Positions 1 to 10,001 of a stretch of 49,590 nucleotides of DNA are shown piece by piece. Each line of letters starts with the position of its first letter. Within the stretch, counting starts at the first letter, position 1. The stretch lies in the NCBI GenBank assembly GCA_012727625.1, contig JAAYGP010000274.1:1-49590 (forward strand). The letters are read 5' to 3'. The DNA is from Clostridiaceae bacterium. GTDB lineage: Bacteria > Bacillota > Clostridia > DSM-8532. The notes under the pieces are model-generated. The model was given only the letters and a program-made list of their open reading frames with translations, had not been told where the DNA came from and did no database searches. Made by a program: the position numbers and the translations under genes.

Positions 1-2
1 TA

Positions 3-2198
3 GCAACCGATAATGAAAAGCTACAGTTATAGAGCGATTTAAAGATACTCAAAGGCACATACGGCGACTATCGTTTAAATGATAAACTAACCAGAAGTGA
101 GGCTTCTGCACTCGCTGTCAGAATTTTAGGAAAGGAATTGCATGTCCTTGTTGATTCGGCAAATTACAGAAAAACAAAATACCCCGATGTGGATGAAACA
201 CAGTGGTATGCGCCTTATGTAGGATATTGCACTGAACAGGGCATTTTGTCAGGAGATACTTCCGGTAATTATCTGCCCGATGAATTCATAACAGAAAAGA
301 GCTTTTTAAAAATTATCCTTGGTGTTCTTGGATATGAGAATAATATTGATTATACCTGGGCGAACATATACAAAAAAGCTTTTGAAGAAGGGTTGGTAAC
401 GGATTTATCATACATAGCAAAAGTGGAAGATAATACTGAATTTACGCGTAGAGACGCAGTAAATATCATGTACAATGCTTTATTATTAAAAATTAAGAAC
501 ACAGAGAAAGAACTTTTTCATAGATTGATAGATGAAAACATTATAACAACTGAAGAAGCGGTGGAACTGGGACTTATAGAAATAATAGAAGACGAAATAA
601 TTACAGAGATAGAAGAATTGCTTGTTTTTGATCATAACAATGTTACTATTATGTTTAATGAAGAAATAAAATCATTCGGACAGATAAAGATTTACCAGAC
701 AAACAATGAAAATAAATTACTTGCTTTTGGAATAGAAGAAGCAAGTGATGACTATATAATACTTAAAACGGAAAAACAAACACCTGGACTGGAATATACT
801 ATAGAAATTCGGGAAGTTGAGGATTTACACGGAAACATAGCAGATGAAATATATGGTGCTTTTATCGGATTTATGAAAGAAACCGTAGAATCAGACTTCT
901 TCCGCATTCAGAAAATTGAACCGTTAAATGAAAGGTCAATAAAAATATACTATACTCATCCTGTTAATTTAAATGTTGAGAATGCTTTATATTACAATAT
1001 ATTTAACAACAACTATATTTTTGCCTCAGGAGAAAGAGATCAGATTTTGGTACGTACTGTCACGTCCGAAGATAACTGCGTTCAATTAACATTAAAGAAT
1101 GGTACCTTTAATGAGGGAGAACAGTACAGGGTTGAGATTGATGGCAGTATGACCAGCGCATATGGTGTAAAGCTTAATGATGGATATGGAGACGAAATGG
1201 CTTTTTCAGCTGTTTCCGGACAATCAGATAGTTTCATGCTACTTGAGGTTGTGCCGTATAAATATAATGTAATACTGCTTAGCTTTAACAAGGAAGTGAA
1301 TCCATTCCTCGCGCAGCAGATTTATAATTATTATGTTGCAGATAAAGATTTTAAACCTATTGCCATTGAAAGTGTCACTGTGGAAAGCCAAGGCTTAAGA
1401 ATCGGTGAAGTTGTATATCTTCAATTGAAGGAAAGTATGAACAGATACGCAAAATATTACGTTACAATAAATAATCTTAATGATGTTACAAGACAGGAAT
1501 TTATAACGGAAAGAACATATTCTTTCGAGGCAGATTTCGGTTATGATGAGAGTCTTGAGATTGTTGATATTACACCAAGAGACAAGCAAACTGTGGAAGT
1601 GTATTTTTCCAATATGCTTGATCCGAGTACTGCTGAAATTATAGATTATTACACTATTACATTAAGAAATGGTACAACCACTGTTTATCCTAAGGGTGTT
1701 CGTTACGACAGAAATATACATCCTTACAGGGTTACAATGTTTTTTGATGAAAATGATTTGGAGGAAAAGAGAGAATATGAATTGAAAGTAAGCTTTGATA
1801 TTAAGGACTATCTTGGGAATAAGGCTGGTGCTACGTTAAGAAGAAGATTTCATGCCTCGGATGTGGAGAAAGCTGCACCATCTCTTGAAGAGGTAAAGCC
1901 AATATCAACAAATGCAATAAAGCTTGTTACTAATAAGGAATTGGCATTTACACTGACAAACCTCCAGCCGGCAAACTATACACTGGAGTATAATTATCAA
2001 GGTATGAGCGTAAAGAAACTTCCATTAAGCGTTCTATACATTAATGCGAAAACTTTGGTATTGATGTTCGATAAATTGGATTATGGTGTCCAATACACAC
2101 TGCGAATAAATGCAATGGAAGATTTTTCGGGCACAGTATATAAAGTGACCGGAGATGGCACAAACTACGTTGACTTTATTCTTGAAAAACAGGAGTAA
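3..2198 (+). CDS. SLH-domain surface protein with Ig-like repeats; 5' end outside window; in-frame TAG at 30-32 (possible pseudogene or sequencing error)
   Basis: Frame from base 3 reads ATDNEKLQL*SDLKILKGTYGDYRLNDKLTRSEASALAVRILG (SLH-like) and continues into the 138..2198 ORF with further SLH motifs (YPDVDETQWYAPYV..GILSG; FTRRDAVNIMYNAL), then repeated beta-rich modules (V.F..E/D ... Y.LTI..V.D..GN). Confidence 0.8.
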
Positions 2199-2269
2199 GT
2201 GATATATTTGAACAAAGTGTAAATTATAATATGTAACAAAAACGTAAAAACCCCTTTACAACAATTTTA

Positions 2270-2298
2270 TTGACAATGGATAAAAACTTTGATACGAT
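2270..2298 (+). promoter_or_regulatory. SigA-type promoter of the glycan locus
   Basis: TTGACA (2270-2275), 17-nt spacer, extended -10 TG-a-TACGAT (2293-2298). Confidence 0.75.
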
Positions 2299-2324
2299 TT
2301 TGTTCAGAAGTTGAACAAAATCGT
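2294..2324. promoter_or_regulatory. 13-bp perfect inverted repeat over the -10/+1 region; putative operator and/or terminator of the SLH gene
   Basis: ACGATTTTGTTCA-gaagt-TGAACAAAATCGT followed by TTCTTTTT. Confidence 0.55.
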
Positions 2325-2335
2325 TTCTTTTTATC

Positions 2336-2495
2336 CCGGTGTTTCGGCCCGGTGTAAAATAAACGAGGTCAAATGATACAACAAAGGCATTAATTCCGGG
2401 AGATTTGCTAATCAAAACCATAAAGTTCTTTAAGCGGTTTTAAGCGAAATCAAACCGGTGTTTTAATGTCTGATGGCGAAGCTGTGTCATTTTTT
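2336..2495 (+). promoter_or_regulatory. Structured 5' leader, candidate LoaP-responsive element
   Basis: CCGG-T-GT-TTCG-GC-CCGG hairpin with UUCG loop and bulged U (2336-2352); second hairpin TGATGGCGAAGCTGTGTCA followed by T6 (2471-2495); loaP is present in the window. Confidence 0.45.
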
Positions 2496-2553
2496 GTATT
2501 TTTTATGAACTTGTTCAGCTAAGGACAAAGAGCAAAAATCTTTACGTGAGGAT

Positions 2554-3060
2554 ATGACAAACGAACTTGAAATCCTAAAAAGCGTAGACGAAAAAAACAA
2601 TATAACACAAAGAGAACTTGCCAGACGGACAGGCCTGTCACTTGGGTCTGTCAATGTTTTGCTGAAAAAGCTCATACATAAAGGCCTTTTAAAGATCGAA
2701 CACGTCAATTCAAGGACGATTAGATATATGCTCACTCCCAAGGGTTTAATGGAAAAGGTGAGGCTTACATATCAGTATATTGTTATATCATACAATCGCA
2801 TTTTATCAATTGAGAGAAAAATTGAACAGGTGACGGAGGATTTCAAAGGTTGTCAAATCGTCCTTCTGGGCGAGAAAGATGAGCTTTTTGAAATAATATC
2901 AGGAAAATTGAAATCCATGAATATACATTTCATATTTACAAATGACAACAAGAACTTATTGCAGTATAATGATGAAGAATACATAATTCTTACCTGGAGT
3001 CCGGACCATCTTGATAAGGAATTCAGTAATTACAACAATATTATTAATGTTTTAAGTTAA
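2554..3060 (+). CDS. MarR-type winged-helix transcriptional regulator, polysaccharide-locus associated
   Basis: ITQRELARRTGLSLGSVNVLLKKLIHKGLLK...YMLTPKG wHTH; first gene of the locus; GAGG RBS. Confidence 0.85.
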   Translation: MTNELEILKSVDEKNNITQRELARRTGLSLGSVNVLLKKLIHKGLLKIEHVNSRTIRYMLTPKGLMEKVRLTYQYIVISYNRILSIERKIEQVTEDFKGCQIVLLGEKDELFEIISGKLKSMNIHFIFTNDNKNLLQYNDEEYIILTWSPDHLDKEFSNYNNIINVLS

Positions 3061-3080
3061 CAGCCGAAAGGGGTATTGGA

Positions 3081-4448
3081 ATGGAAGAGATTTCTTTAAG
3101 GGAAATAATTGAAGCACTATGGAAAGGTAAATGGATAATAGCGCTGGTAACAATTATTGCGCTGGTATTGGGAGGGGTTGGTACGTACCTGATGATTCCC
3201 GGTTCTCAAAGTGTTGTTACCATAATAGAGATTAACTACCCCGGTATTGAGAACGGCAAAAATCCCGATGGCACAGAATTTGATATAAGACAGCTGACAT
3301 CCCCTTATGTTATTGACAGAGCTTTGAAAGCAACCGGCTTAAACAGCACAGGTATTAAGCCTGAGGAAGTAAGAAGAAATATAGACATAAATCCTATTGT
3401 GCCGAATGAAATTGTACAGCTGGCTGAAACAATGATAAAGCAGGGCAAGGAATATGTTTATTACCCCAGTGAATTTAAGATTTCCTATAAGGTTAACAAA
3501 GCTTTTTCATATAACCAGGGAATAGCATTAATAGATGCTGTTATAGATGAATACAAGAAATACTTCTATGCCCTTTATTCCGATGTAAAAACAATTGAAA
3601 ACGCTATTGTCTCTCTTGACTATACAGCATATGATTACCCTGATGTTGTGGAAGTCATTTCCACGCAAATAGATGGCATTATGGAGTTTTTAGTGGAAAA
3701 GACCGAGGAAGATGCCAATTTCAGATCGTCAGGAACAAGTTACACTTTTGCTGACCTTAACCGCAGCTTTGGAATACTGAAAACCGTTGACACAAGCAAG
3801 CTTGAATCTATTGTGAACGCGAACACGCTTACAAAGGATCGTGATAAGCTAATTAAAGATTATGAATACAGAGTTAAGCGTATGGAACTGGAGAGAGCAA
3901 AGAAGAACAGCGAAGCTGAGGAAGCCCGCAAACTGATGGAAGAATTTAAGAAAGAGGATCTTGTTCTCATTCCGAACAGCGGAGGAAATGAGCTTAGGAC
4001 AGAAAACCCCGTATCATACTACAATACCCTGGCTGAGACCGCTATAACAGCAAGTGTTGAAGCAACGGGGCTTCAGCATGAGATTGAATATTATAAAAAA
4101 GAAATTGAACGTTTGAATGCGGCTACGGGTTCGAATAGTACTTCGCTAACTCAGGAGGCTGATCAAATGATCGAAGTTATAAAAACAAAGCTTTTAAGTT
4201 TGATCAACCTTACAAACAAAACCCTTGATGATTATTATTCTTATAAATACGGTGAAAGCATAAAACAGGTAATTCCTTCTGAGATGGTATCAGGAGTAAG
4301 CATATTAAAAAACATGGCTATTGCACTTGCAGCTGGGATTATACTTGGTGTATTCATAGTGTTTGCGCGATATTACTGGAAAATTACCGAGGTAAAGACA
4401 GAAGATAGTTCTAACAAGACTGAAGACGTTCAGAAGATAAGGGATTAA
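3081..4448 (+). CDS. Wzz-type polysaccharide co-polymerase / chain-length determinant
   Basis: N-terminal MEEISLREIIEALWKGKWII + TM, long coiled-coil loop, C-terminal TM with GIILG; no kinase domain. Confidence 0.8.
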   Translation: MEEISLREIIEALWKGKWIIALVTIIALVLGGVGTYLMIPGSQSVVTIIEINYPGIENGKNPDGTEFDIRQLTSPYVIDRALKATGLNSTGIKPEEVRRNIDINPIVPNEIVQLAETMIKQGKEYVYYPSEFKISYKVNKAFSYNQGIALIDAVIDEYKKYFYALYSDVKTIENAIVSLDYTAYDYPDVVEVISTQIDGIMEFLVEKTEEDANFRSSGTSYTFADLNRSFGILKTVDTSKLESIVNANTLTKDRDKLIKDYEYRVKRMELERAKKNSEAEEARKLMEEFKKEDLVLIPNSGGNELRTENPVSYYNTLAETAITASVEATGLQHEIEYYKKEIERLNAATGSNSTSLTQEADQMIEVIKTKLLSLINLTNKTLDDYYSYKYGESIKQVIPSEMVSGVSILKNMAIALAAGIILGVFIVFARYYWKITEVKTEDSSNKTEDVQKIRD

Positions 4449-4449
4449 A

Positions 4450-7400
4450 ATGGGAAAACAAAAAAATAAGAAGATTAAGACAGCTAATAATGATAATATT
4501 TTAAACAAAATAAAAACATTCCTTATTGCAGCATTGGCATTTATAATTTTCTATCCGCCATATCTGCAGGGACTGTTTTTTGAAAAGCATGTACTACCTA
4601 CAGGAATTTTTGTATTTGCAGTATTCATAATTTTTTTAGTATATAAATGGCTTAAAAGGGATTTTTCTTTCTTAAAAACACCAATTGAATATATTGCCCT
4701 GGCATTTGTTGCTGTATATTTCATATCAATATTCAACGCAGTACACACCCGCTCTGCAATAATTGAATGGCTGAAGTACTGCATGTATTTTGCGGTATTT
4801 TATATGATTACTGAGCTTGCAGATGATTTGAAGACAAGGCTTTTGTTTTTATGGATGATAATAGCCTCCGCTGTGGGTGTGTCCATAATTGGCCTTGATT
4901 CAGCCAATGGTAGCAGGCTTGTCGGTGTTCTTAACAGAATTTTCAACATATTCGGGTACAAAGGGGATATGTTCTTTGGCCTTTTTGTAGGAAACAGAAT
5001 AAATTCCACTCTTCAATATCCAAATGCCCTTGCTTCCTATGTAATGGCAGTGTTTTTTATTACCATTGGCATGTTGATTGTTCAGAAAAAATGGTGGCAA
5101 AAGGCTATAACAGGGATTTGCAGCTTTATTCTCTTTACAACCTTTATACTGACACACAGCCGCGGAGCTCAACTATTATTCCCGGTTGCATTATTAATCT
5201 TCTTTTTAGCTGCTCCTAAAGGCAACAGAATTAAAGCCGTTACACATGTTATAATGTTATCAGTACCGACTGTGGTATTTGTTCTAATGATTAATCCACA
5301 TCTTTCTGGTGACAACTTTAATATAAAGGTGTTCGGACTGTTATTGGCAGGCATTGTTTTGTCAGGTTTAATTGGGATTGTTTCAGGATTTATTGCGACA
5401 GCACTGCAAAAAATTAATTGGAAAATATATGCTGGATTGATTACTGTTTCAGCGGCATTGGTTATAGCCGGAGGAATATATTTAATTAACCAATCAGTCC
5501 CTGTTGAGCTGAAGCATGAGATAACTGCGGAAGATACGATTCAATCAGTCTCAAAGGATGTAGCCTTAAAGCCTGGCAAAGAATATATTTTATCCTATGA
5601 AGCTGAGGCATGGATGGAAGAGGTAAAACCATATGCATACTTCATAAGGTTATTTAGTAAAAGCAATAGTAATATTTTATTTGGTGGAAGCCCACAACTT
5701 TTAAGAGAAGAATTACCTGCAACAAATGGTGTTGAAGAGAGAAGCATAAAATTCATTACTCCTGAAGACAGTAAGCTAATTTCAATTTATTTCTCAAATT
5801 ATTATGCCGGAACAGGTGTTAAAGTTAATAATATTAAGATTATTAATCCGGAAACCAATAAAATTTTAAAAGAAATTGCTTTAAAAAATAAATACAATCT
5901 GGATAGTATTATTAACAGGTTTCAAAACATATGGTTTCAAAATAGTCTTTTAACGAGGGCTATTTTTTATAAAGATGGATTTGAGATATTCAAAGATCGC
6001 TGGTTTTTAGGTGGTGGCGGCGGCGCTTGGAACTATTTATATCGCCAATACCAGTCATATAACTATGCGAGCAGCCAGGCACATAATTTCCCACTCCAAT
6101 TAGGGATAGAAACAGGCATCATGGGGCTATTAGTGCTATTATGTCTTATCATTGTAATTGCTCATACGTATATCAAATATTATAAAAAAGAAAAGCAACA
6201 GAATAATCAAGAGGATAGAATTAAAGATGATGATACAAAAATAGCAGAAAGATTCTTAAATTCATCAGTAATTGTAGCTATAGCAGCTTTATTATTACAT
6301 TCAGTTATTGACTTTGATTTTTCTGAAGCATCTATGCTCTTTTTGTTTTGGCAGCTTATTGCTTTATTTGGAAGTAGTATGAGAGAAACGTTAATGACAT
6401 CTGAAATGCCCCCCTTTATATTTAATAATGTTCGAAAAAGCAAGAAAAATGTTATAACAAAGACAGGGGTTGTTGCTGGAATACTGTGTACAGCTATAAC
6501 TCTTGGTTTTTCTTTTAGTTTTTTTATTGCAACATCTTTCGCACAGAATGCTTACGGACATTTAAAGAATAATAATATTCAAAAGGCGATAGACAGTATT
6601 TATAAAGCTATTAGTTTTGATGGATTCAATGAGAAATATATTACAGGCTATAACCCGGTACCTGCAAGACCGGATATAAAGACAGGCTTGGCAGAACTGT
6701 TGTTTATTAAAAATGATTCACTAAAAAGCTTAGAGCAAAATGGTGAAAAGACGCCTGAAAGTGAAGTGCTTATACTCCAGCAGCAGTTTACTGATGTGAA
6801 TAAACGTATAAATGAGCTTGAAAAAAACGCAGCGAACAATTTAAACTTGGCAAGTAACATAGCAAGCTTTTACTTTAAAACAGGGCAAACAGAAAAGGGG
6901 TTAGAATATCTCAATACTGCTATAGATCAATTTCCTTTTGAACCATCTCTATGGCATTCAAAGGTTGATGTATACTTTCAACTGATGAGTACTAATTTTA
7001 ATAAAGGTGACTATGATCGTGCAAAAGAATATATCGATTCCGGATTGAATATAATTAGTGAAGTTATAGAAGTAAACAAAAGAAATATGAATCCCTTTGT
7101 TTTCAAGGAAGAAACGATCACCTTATTACAGAAACTACAATTTATGCATGATTATTGGGATAAAGATGAACTTAAAGATATTAATAAAATTGTACATTAT
7201 AGCATTCTTAACTTAGATGTAAATATGGACGGTATGCCAGATCAATGGGGAATTAATGAAACAGCATTTATTAATGTTTCAATAATTGATAATAGTATGG
7301 GAATAAAAGCGTCAGGAAGAAACTTCATCTATAGCCAACCTGATGTTAAATTTGAAAAAGGTAAGACATATCAAATTGATGTAAAGTTTAAAAGTCCTGT

Positions 7401-7581
7401 AGAGAATATAGCATATTATGTAGTTGGAATAACACCAAATACACTACCTTTAATTCAGGTTGATGGAAAGTATTCAGCAGACCTGATGATTGAGAATGAG
7501 CCAAATGAAAATGGTAATCAGTTCAGATTATATCTCGAATCAGACTGTGTTATTGAAAGAATAAATATAAAGGAGAAATAA
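4450..7581 (+). CDS. O-antigen ligase / O-oligosaccharyltransferase family (Wzy_C) protein with extra soluble and TPR-like domains
   Basis: Many TM helices; RINSTLQYPNALA, THSRG, R..FYKDGFEIFKDRWFLGGGGG, AHNFPLQLGIETGIMG, LLHSVIDFDF motifs; C-terminal helical repeats. Confidence 0.85.
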   Translation: MGKQKNKKIKTANNDNILNKIKTFLIAALAFIIFYPPYLQGLFFEKHVLPTGIFVFAVFIIFLVYKWLKRDFSFLKTPIEYIALAFVAVYFISIFNAVHTRSAIIEWLKYCMYFAVFYMITELADDLKTRLLFLWMIIASAVGVSIIGLDSANGSRLVGVLNRIFNIFGYKGDMFFGLFVGNRINSTLQYPNALASYVMAVFFITIGMLIVQKKWWQKAITGICSFILFTTFILTHSRGAQLLFPVALLIFFLAAPKGNRIKAVTHVIMLSVPTVVFVLMINPHLSGDNFNIKVFGLLLAGIVLSGLIGIVSGFIATALQKINWKIYAGLITVSAALVIAGGIYLINQSVPVELKHEITAEDTIQSVSKDVALKPGKEYILSYEAEAWMEEVKPYAYFIRLFSKSNSNILFGGSPQLLREELPATNGVEERSIKFITPEDSKLISIYFSNYYAGTGVKVNNIKIINPETNKILKEIALKNKYNLDSIINRFQNIWFQNSLLTRAIFYKDGFEIFKDRWFLGGGGGAWNYLYRQYQSYNYASSQAHNFPLQLGIETGIMGLLVLLCLIIVIAHTYIKYYKKEKQQNNQEDRIKDDDTKIAERFLNSSVIVAIAALLLHSVIDFDFSEASMLFLFWQLIALFGSSMRETLMTSEMPPFIFNNVRKSKKNVITKTGVVAGILCTAITLGFSFSFFIATSFAQNAYGHLKNNNIQKAIDSIYKAISFDGFNEKYITGYNPVPARPDIKTGLAELLFIKNDSLKSLEQNGEKTPESEVLILQQQFTDVNKRINELEKNAANNLNLASNIASFYFKTGQTEKGLEYLNTAIDQFPFEPSLWHSKVDVYFQLMSTNFNKGDYDRAKEYIDSGLNIISEVIEVNKRNMNPFVFKEETITLLQKLQFMHDYWDKDELKDINKIVHYSILNLDVNMDGMPDQWGINETAFINVSIIDNSMGIKASGRNFIYSQPDVKFEKGKTYQIDVKFKSPVENIAYYVVGITPNTLPLIQVDGKYSADLMIENEPNENGNQFRLYLESDCVIERINIKEK

Positions 7582-7858
7582 CAGGTAAAATACTACTATA
7601 TACATTAGAAATAACTAATTAAGTGAAGGCCATTAGAATAAAAACAAGAAAGAGACGCTTAGATACGAAATTGTTGCAATGTCTTTTACCATGATATCGA
7701 GGAATTCTTCAATTACACTGTTAATGCTTACTGTTTTTTTGATTTAAAGCCAACTGTAACTGCATTGTATTACTAAGAATTTGGATTTAACGCTCATTGT
7801 TTTATTGAGGATATTGGAAACTTCTGAGAGTATATATATGATTTAAGGAGAATTGATA

Positions 7859-8692
7859 ATGCCTTTGAAATTAATGTATATCACAAACTCTCCGATGGTC
7901 GCTACCATTGCTGAGCAAAGTGGTGTTGATAGAATTTGGATAGATCTTGAACATATGGGAAAAGAAGAACGTCAACGTGGAATGAATAGCGTAAAGTCAA
8001 ACCACAAACTCGCAGACGTAGCTATGCTGCGTCCTTATGTGAAAAACTCAGAGTTGATGGTTAGAGTCAATCCGCTACATGAAAATTCAAGAGTTGAAAT
8101 AGATGAAGTAATTACCAGCGGAGCAGATTTGGTTATGTTACCAATGTTTAGAACCGTTGATGATGCTTTTCGTTTTGTAGATATTGTTGGTGGTAGAGCT
8201 AAGGTTATGCTCTTGGTGGAAACTGCAGAAGCCATTGAGAATTTGGATGAGATTGTGAAGGTTTCCGGAATTGATGAAATCCATATCGGCTTGAATGATT
8301 TACATTTGGCGTATGGTTTGAATTTTATGTTTGAACTTGTAGCTGATGGAACAATAGATAAAGCCTGCGAAATTATACGTTCAGCCGATATTCCTTTTGG
8401 CTTCGGTGGTGTTGCTAAATTGGGTGAGGGGCTTCTTCCTGCTGAATATGTTCTTGCAGAGCATTATCGTCTTGGTTCTTCTATGGTTATTCTTTCACGT
8501 ACGTTCTGTAATACTTGGTTGAGCAAAGAAGAAGTGGAACTGAAAAATGTATTCTCAACTGGAGTAAAGAAATTAAGAGATTATGAGACTATGCTAGTAC
8601 AACAAGATGATTTATATTTCATTAAAATGCATAAAAAAGTTCAGGAAATAGTTTATTCCATAAGCAAAGAAATAAAAAATAAGAGAGGATAA
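7859..8692 (+). CDS. HpcH/HpaI aldolase / citrate lyase family protein
   Basis: GVDRIWIDLE, LMVRVNP, VMLPM, LLVETAEA, IHIGLNDL motifs; ATG 7859 lies 8 nt after AAGGAG (ORF track starts at TTG 7853). Confidence 0.8.
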   Translation: MPLKLMYITNSPMVATIAEQSGVDRIWIDLEHMGKEERQRGMNSVKSNHKLADVAMLRPYVKNSELMVRVNPLHENSRVEIDEVITSGADLVMLPMFRTVDDAFRFVDIVGGRAKVMLLVETAEAIENLDEIVKVSGIDEIHIGLNDLHLAYGLNFMFELVADGTIDKACEIIRSADIPFGFGGVAKLGEGLLPAEYVLAEHYRLGSSMVILSRTFCNTWLSKEEVELKNVFSTGVKKLRDYETMLVQQDDLYFIKMHKKVQEIVYSISKEIKNKRG

Positions 8693-8696
8693 AGAA

Positions 8697-9920
8697 ATGA
8701 AACTTAGTTCAGATATTATTGCCGAATTGAGTAAGCAATATGGTGATGCATTCTATTTATTACATTCTAAGCGATTTGAACAAAATTTTATTGAACTAAA
8801 AAAAGCATTTACAGATATTTACCCGAAGTTTAATATAGCGTATTCTTATAAAACAAATTACATACCTGAACTTTGTAAAATCATAAATCGCCTTGGAGGA
8901 TATGCAGAGGTTGTTTCCGGCATGGAGTATGAAATTGCCTTGCGTATTGGTGTTTTACCAGAAAAAATTATCTGGAACGGCCCATATAAAAATGCCGAAA
9001 AGGTTCAGGAACTGCTTCTGGCTGGTGGTATTGTCAATATCGACTCTGCTTATGAGATTGAGATGATTAAGGGGATTGCTGAACAAAACCCTGAAAAGAC
9101 TCTAAAAGTCGGGATTCGATGTAATTTTGATATTAATGATGGAGTCACATCACGATTTGGTTTTGATATTGAATCAAAGGATTTTCAACGAGTGTATGAG
9201 TTTTTAAGTACTACCTCTAATATTCATTTTACTGGTATGCAGTGTCACTTCGCAACTCGTGTACTCGAGACCTGGTACTCTCGTGTCAGAGGAATGTTAA
9301 AACTATTGGATAAACTAGGTATAGTACCTGAACACATTGACCTTGGCGGAGGTATGTATGGAAAGATGGCAGATTCTCTGAAGGAGCAGTTCGGTTGTTA
9401 TATTCCGACTTATACTGATTATGCTAAAGCTGCAGCATCGTTATTTGCAGACCGCTACGGAGAGTTATCATATAACCAGCAACCTCTTCTGTTAATAGAA
9501 CCTGGCAGTGCGCTCGTAGGAGATTGTATGTCATTTATTTCAAAAGTTGTTAATATAAAGGAAGTGCGTGGAAAGGCCATTGCAACATTGCTTGGTAGCA
9601 TTTATAATATCAATCCCACACTGAATACGAAGAATCCTCCAATATCTGTATTTCATATGGGTGGTGAGATAAAAGAATATACAAATCTTGATTTTGGAGG
9701 TTTCACCTGTATTGAGTCAGATTATCTTTACCGCCACTATACCGGTTCTCTTGCACAGAACGATATGGTAATGTTTGATAACGTTGGATCTTATTCAATA
9801 GTGCTTAAACCACCATTTATTTTACCTAATTTCCCCGTATTAGATATTGATGGTGATGAAGTAAAAGTGATAAAGAGGACAGAAACTTTCGATGATTTGT
9901 TCAATACATATAAGTTTTAG
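8697..9920 (+). CDS. Fold-type III PLP enzyme, diaminopimelate/ornithine decarboxylase-like
   Basis: YSYKTNY (PLP lysine), AEVVSGME, WNGPYK, SRFGF, IDLGGG, EPG, GFTCIESD, VGSYS motifs. Confidence 0.85.
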   Translation: MKLSSDIIAELSKQYGDAFYLLHSKRFEQNFIELKKAFTDIYPKFNIAYSYKTNYIPELCKIINRLGGYAEVVSGMEYEIALRIGVLPEKIIWNGPYKNAEKVQELLLAGGIVNIDSAYEIEMIKGIAEQNPEKTLKVGIRCNFDINDGVTSRFGFDIESKDFQRVYEFLSTTSNIHFTGMQCHFATRVLETWYSRVRGMLKLLDKLGIVPEHIDLGGGMYGKMADSLKEQFGCYIPTYTDYAKAAASLFADRYGELSYNQQPLLLIEPGSALVGDCMSFISKVVNIKEVRGKAIATLLGSIYNINPTLNTKNPPISVFHMGGEIKEYTNLDFGGFTCIESDYLYRHYTGSLAQNDMVMFDNVGSYSIVLKPPFILPNFPVLDIDGDEVKVIKRTETFDDLFNTYKF

Positions 9921-10001
9921 TAATTTATGAGGTGCAGGAAACATATCAATCTATGAAGATTATGCGGAGATGACATTGTAAGATTAATGGAGGTTTGTGA
10001 A

